NCBI RefSeq assembly: GCF_023055435.1
Contig: NW_025964223.1
Location: 47,120,001-47,184,000 of the forward strand
Direction: 5' to 3'
From: Haliotis rufescens
Lineage: Eukaryota
Length of the DNA stretch: 64,000 nucleotides
This document shows positions 61,468 to 64,000 of this stretch, in pieces (the first letter of the stretch is position 1; every line of letters starts with the position of its first letter). The notes below the pieces were generated by a model, which ran no database searches, had not been told where the DNA came from, and saw only the letters and a list, made by a program, of their open reading frames with translations. The translations under genes and the position numbers were made by a program.

Positions 61468-62709
61468 CTAGCTACTGTCCGCGGTAGCACTGTGCTCGGA
61501 ATTGCTGTTGGGGGCGGAGTGGACAGCTCTTAGAGGTTGGGCATTCCGGGAAACAGGAACAGTAGTGGTTGGTTTAGCATGTACATATCTCCGTGTCGAT
61601 TCGTGTCTGGATGTGTTGTCATGGGTACCAGGTTTTGTGACCAGTCTACCATTTTTGTAGTACGCATCTAGGCCTTTGTCCCTCAGATCAGCTAGAGTCT
61701 GTCTCTGGTGCTTGGTTAGGTCGTTAGCAACGCCTATAGCAACACTCCTCAAGGTATGTCTGTGCTTCAGTACTATAATCTTCTCCTCCGTCAGAGAAAA
61801 CTTAGCAATGAGAGGGCGGGGTTTATTGGGTTGCGGCTGTTTGACCCCTATCCGATGCGCCCGTATAATATCTGGGCGTTGCCAATCCTTTGTCTTCACA
61901 TGCTCATTGAGCATAGTAATAACTTTATCCTTGCACATTTCGAAGGTCTCATCAGCTTCTTCAGGCACGCCATAAAATACTACGTTATCCCGACGACTGA
62001 AGGCCTCTAACCTGTCGATATCAGAGTCTTGACTAGATACCTTGTCTTCAAGTTGTTCAACTTTCTGATAGAGTGCATCTATATCACTGTAGATAGTCTC
62101 CTGTCCAAGTCCAACCCATTCTACCTCTGAGCGCACTTCTGAAAGTGAGTTCTCAAGTGATGAACACTTGCTGCTAAGGTCGGTTAGTTGTGATTTAATT
62201 ACACTCATCTCGGTGAACAGAGACTGTCGGAAATCCCGTAGTTCTGCGAGGATATCTGATTTGATCTCAGTCTTTACATTGTTCAAATCTTCCATAGTAA
62301 CAGGCCCTGGGTTGGTCTCAACATCACCAGAGAGTAGTATATGGAGTCTCGTTACATATCCTGCGATGCGGAGACCGTCACAGTTGAGTAATGAAGTCGC
62401 AAAACATGGCCGACATGCATGACTTGTCACAGGGATAAACATAGTGACGTCACATACACTTTCGTGTTCATGTGGTAAATAACGATGAAGATCCTCAACG
62501 GCGTTAGAGAGAACTTGTTTGTTAGCTAGCAGAATTGCCGACAGCATGAGTTGGAGTGTAAGCAAGACCATGCAGACTGATACACGCAGCGGTGTATCAG
62601 AGCACGACATGTGAGGTGTGTACTCAGCGTCCATTGCGATATGTCTCACCTGTCGGGTCCCTGGAGGGTGGGTAAACTGCCCGATCCTGGCTCTATAAGT
62701 CTCAAGATC
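61468..62709 (-). CDS. LINE ORF1: hydrophobic leader, 2A-like peptide, coiled coil, L1-ORF1p-like RNA-binding region
   Basis: LLSGDVETNPGP; heptad-rich segment; RRDNVVFYGVPE, IIRAHRIG, PRPLIAKF and ANDLT motifs. First ATG inside the element is at 62634; the track start at 62775 lies in host flank. Confidence 0.9.
   Translation of the reverse strand, partial: DLETYRARIGQFTHPPGTRQVRHIAMDAEYTPHMSCSDTPLRVSVCMVLLTLQLMLSAILLANKQVLSNAVEDLHRYLPHEHESVCDVTMFIPVTSHACRPCFATSLLNCDGLRIAGYVTRLHILLSGDVETNPGPVTMEDLNNVKTEIKSDILAELRDFRQSLFTEMSVIKSQLTDLSSKCSSLENSLSEVRSEVEWVGLGQETIYSDIDALYQKVEQLEDKVSSQDSDIDRLEAFSRRDNVVFYGVPEEADETFEMCKDKVITMLNEHVKTKDWQRPDIIRAHRIGVKQPQPNKPRPLIAKFSLTEEKIIVLKHRHTLRSVAIGVANDLTKHQRQTLADLRDKGLDAYYKNGRLVTKPGTHDNTSRHESTRRYVHAKPTTTVPVSRNAQPLRAVHSAPNSNSEHSATADSS
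62302..62349 (-). other. 2A-like StopGo ribosome-skipping motif RLHILLSGDVETNPG/P
   Basis: Exact match to the consensus GD(V/I)ExNPG-P with the upstream LL(S)G tract. Confidence 0.92.
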
Positions 62710-64000
62710 TTCATGAACCTTAGGAAACGGGAGTAAAATATATCTTGCTAGCGTACATGTACTTGTAAGAGACATTCATAAAAGCAAAAGTGGATCACTC
62801 ACTGCGCTACTGATACGAAGCTTGTAGGTTCGATGCCAATGAAATATAAGTTACATCTGTCTTTTGATTTAACATTATTCCGCACATTTCTTTAAGTTAT
62901 CATTATATTATGTGCTCTATGAATTCTGTTTAACAGCAAAATATACCAATTGGACTGTGGGACTTTCTATGGATTATCCCTGGGATAGAAGGATACTCTG
63001 GAGACAGAAAACAAGGCACCGTAAAATAGTAGGATGACATCAACATAGGTTGTTTGAAGATATAAAAAGATCAAACGACAATACGATGAAGTCAATCGAG
63101 GTTTATGAATAACATATAAAATACGATACGCGGTTTCAGGGGTCTCTTTTTTCTGTTTCTATGTTGGTAAATCAGTGGAACGGGAATAGCCATTTTACAA
63201 TTATTGAAGGCTATCAGATCATCGATATACATGACGATTATAATTTCTGTTGGCCAAATTCCCTTGTTTTGACTTTGCTAATCAAGACAGTAATTCTGCA
63301 TAATGAAACCGGTAAATACAACCAACTTCTGTAATATCTAAATGTCCTACTCCCACAGTTTAGAAAAATGTTAACTTCGTGGAAGTCAAACATTTGACAT
63401 ATTATTTTCTTCGTATATTCCAGATGAAATTTTCTTTAATTTTGACACATTATCCTCAACTTGAAATGTAACTATATCTATGGTCACCACGTTTACTGAC
63501 AAATGCCCAATGGAACTATATATGATTGATGCTATTAGTGGACGGTGGCGCCTAACCCGGTAACCCTACTGAATTCTAGACTTAGTCTGTACAGTTTTCA
63601 GATCATGTTGCACTTCCGTTTGTATTGTATTTACGTTCCAATCGTCATACACAACATTTACAAGTTTCACGCTTTTCTAAACCCATTAACAGGAGGTTAA
63701 TCAATCTCTCACTTTCATTTCAAGTGTTGCCACTTCCATTTTATTTTTAGAAATAACGTTATCAGTCTGGTCATGTTAGAAGGATTTAATCAATGCTTGC
63801 CTGCTTTTCCTTTATACATTTTGTCCAATCTGCACCTGTGGGTAGTAGGACATGAATGCCCACGGGGTTAATAGTAGTAGTTTATTCAAAAGTATGGTGG
63901 CTGAATAGGGCCATCAGCAAGGGCCATGATACAAAATAATAACAGAAATACACGAGACGCATGTTCGAAGTATGGACACATTGTCCCGGTATAGGGGATA

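Larger units (their letters stand above)
57893..62709 (-). mobile_element. Young near-full-length APE-type non-LTR retrotransposon (RTEX/CR1-group-like), 4817 bp
   Basis: Boundaries defined by the empty site in the duplicate (27541-27570); 3' end AATAAAGACTTCTTCTTCTTC; ORF1 and ORF2 essentially intact. Clade assignment is tentative. Confidence 0.96.
56620..64000 (+). repeat. Segmental duplication copy 2 (interrupted by LINE; runs off window)
   Basis: See copy 1 at 24260-28880. Confidence 0.95.

Noticed and set aside
59168-62422. Plus-strand ORFs overlapping the LINE
   Set aside because: Antisense shadows of the long minus-strand ORFs with no recognisable motifs.
62710-62775. ORF-track start of the 435-aa ORF1
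   Set aside because: Lies in duplicated host flank outside the element, so it is not the native start.

Overview
AT-rich, repeat-dense animal genomic DNA; the SINE repertoire and gene types suggest a mollusc, possibly abalone-like (inference). Host content: an intronless PDIK1L/STK35-like Ser/Thr kinase and a cluster of spliced cell-surface receptor-like genes reconstructed by hand. Gene A (+) has a signal peptide, CUB-like domain, mucin stalk and a truncated hydrophobic end. Gene B (-) is complete at 469 aa: signal peptide, SUEL/rhamnose-binding-lectin-like domain, CUB, S/T stalk, TM, and an acidic tail with repeated NDxY motifs. Gene C (-) is represented only by its paralogous tail exon. 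Mobile content: four Tc1-type elements, mariner, MULE and RNase H relics, four SINE families, Penelope-like elements carrying minimal hammerhead ribozymes, MITE/palindromic elements, and a segmental duplication whose two copies carry reciprocal retroposon insertions. The most striking object is a young, near-complete 4.8 kb non-LTR retrotransposon (57893-62709, -) that appears to use two recoding signals in one reading frame: a 2A/StopGo peptide before ORF1p, and a single UAG separating ORF1 from an in-frame ORF2 that has no AUG before its endonuclease motifs (probable stop-codon readthrough). All alignments were done by eye; no database search was run.
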